Positions 32,869 to 33,313 of a stretch of 33,313 bases of DNA are shown here, piece by piece. The notes beneath the pieces are model-generated. The model did not search any database and was not told the origin of the DNA. It was given only the letters and a program-made list of their open reading frames with translations. This DNA is from an uncultured Gemmatimonadaceae bacterium. GTDB lineage: Bacteria > Gemmatimonadota > Gemmatimonadetes > Gemmatimonadales > GWC2-71-9. The position numbers and the translations under genes were made by a program. Each line of letters starts with the position of its first letter. The stretch's first letter is position 1. The stretch spans positions 1-33,313 of the forward strand of contig CAYTDU010000003.1 of NCBI GenBank assembly GCA_964436395.1. The letters are read 5' to 3'.

Positions 32869-33313
32869 GTTGTTCATCTGCACGTTCGTGCTTTTATACG
32901 TGCCGTATTCCGTTGCCGCGCAGCAAGCGACCGAGTGGAAAGTTCAAGGGCTCACCAATGTCGGCGGCGACAGGTTTTTGGGAGGAGGCGTGGGCTTGGC
33001 CCTCAGGACGAGGGGGAGGATGCGCGTCGGCTTCACTCTGAATGCAGGCGATCTCGAAGGCCAGGCCGCCGTGAGGCCCGAACTACTCGGCTCCTTTCAC
33101 TTGAACCCTTTCAAGCGTCAAGGAGTCTCACCCTATGCTGGGGGAGGAGTTGCGGTTGTCCACGCGAAAGGATACACCCGCGAGTACATAGTGGGTTTTT
33201 TGGGCGTCGAGTCACGACCCGGCCGGTCTTTCGGTTGGTTTGCTGAGGTGGGGCTCGGCGGCGGTGCCAGGCTTGCGGCGGGATTGCAGTGGAGAAACCG
33301 ACGCACGCGCGCA
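32855..33313 (+). CDS. small outer-membrane beta-barrel-like protein, paralog of 31959..32450 (3' partial)
   Basis: Hand-translated open frame running off the window edge, so it is absent from the ORF track. Starts at TTG 32855 or 32870. Has the signal peptide SFSRLFICTFVLLYVPYSVAAQ. Shares VRPELLGSF, PYAGGGVA and VGFLGV with the upstream paralog. Confidence 0.55.
   Translation, partial: MSFSRLFICTFVLLYVPYSVAAQQATEWKVQGLTNVGGDRFLGGGVGLALRTRGRMRVGFTLNAGDLEGQAAVRPELLGSFHLNPFKRQGVSPYAGGGVAVVHAKGYTREYIVGFLGVESRPGRSFGWFAEVGLGGGARLAAGLQWRNRRTRA

Noticed and set aside
32935-33246. 103-aa plus-strand ORF from the track (MESSRAHQCRRRQ...).
   Set aside because: It is an Arg-rich alternative frame. 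The overlapping frame starting at 32855 has a signal peptide and is similar to the upstream OMP paralog.
1-33313. Looked for rRNA, tRNA (T-loop GGTTCGAAT-like), CRISPR arrays, transposase/integrase/recombinase genes, reverse transcriptases and phage genes.
   Set aside because: None seen by eye. The heptamer arrays have a 7-nt period with no spacers, so they are not CRISPR. No IS-like terminal inverted repeats flank any gene.

Overview
GC-rich bacterial chromosomal segment with about 31 tightly packed protein genes. GC content was judged by eye, not computed. I saw no rRNA, tRNA, CRISPR array, transposase, integrase or phage genes. From left to right:
- Minus-strand operon hslR - ornithine cyclodeaminase-family - Zn alcohol dehydrogenase.
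- ECF sigma / zf-HC2 anti-sigma / DUF4097 module.
- Group II PLP decarboxylase translationally coupled to an atypical Nramp-fold transporter, followed by an MDR dehydrogenase.
- Minus-strand run: 39-aa TM peptide - PutP-like Na+/solute symporter - GGDEF cyclase - His-rich hypothetical - amidohydrolase.
- Envelope-signalling cluster: secreted metzincin fused to an FG-GAP-like propeller, two paralogous Ser/Thr kinases with one TM helix and long TPR-like ectodomains, a Cys/Pro-rich lipoprotein between them, and a convergent stand-alone kinase.
- NTF2-like lipoprotein, TPR protein, fused M16 peptidase, cNMP-binding protein, CDP-alcohol phosphatidyltransferase.
- An OMP - OsmC - OMP trio that runs off the right edge.

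The kinase family (LRPEL..ERFLREI..LQHPHIL) suggests Gemmatimonadota or Acidobacteriota, but that is inference only.

I found no recognisable defence or mobile system. The most notable items are:
- the decarboxylase/atypical Nramp pair;
- the kinase/metzincin-propeller/lipoprotein cluster;
- an unlisted micro-ORF coupled to the symporter;
- a dispersed GGGGAGC-heptamer element with hairpin and G-quadruplex potential and a 28-nt exact copy at two loci;
- helically phased AATTGAC repeats;
- two genes whose homology-supported coding sequence extends upstream of any ATG/GTG/TTG.

All family calls come from motifs read by eye. No searches were run.
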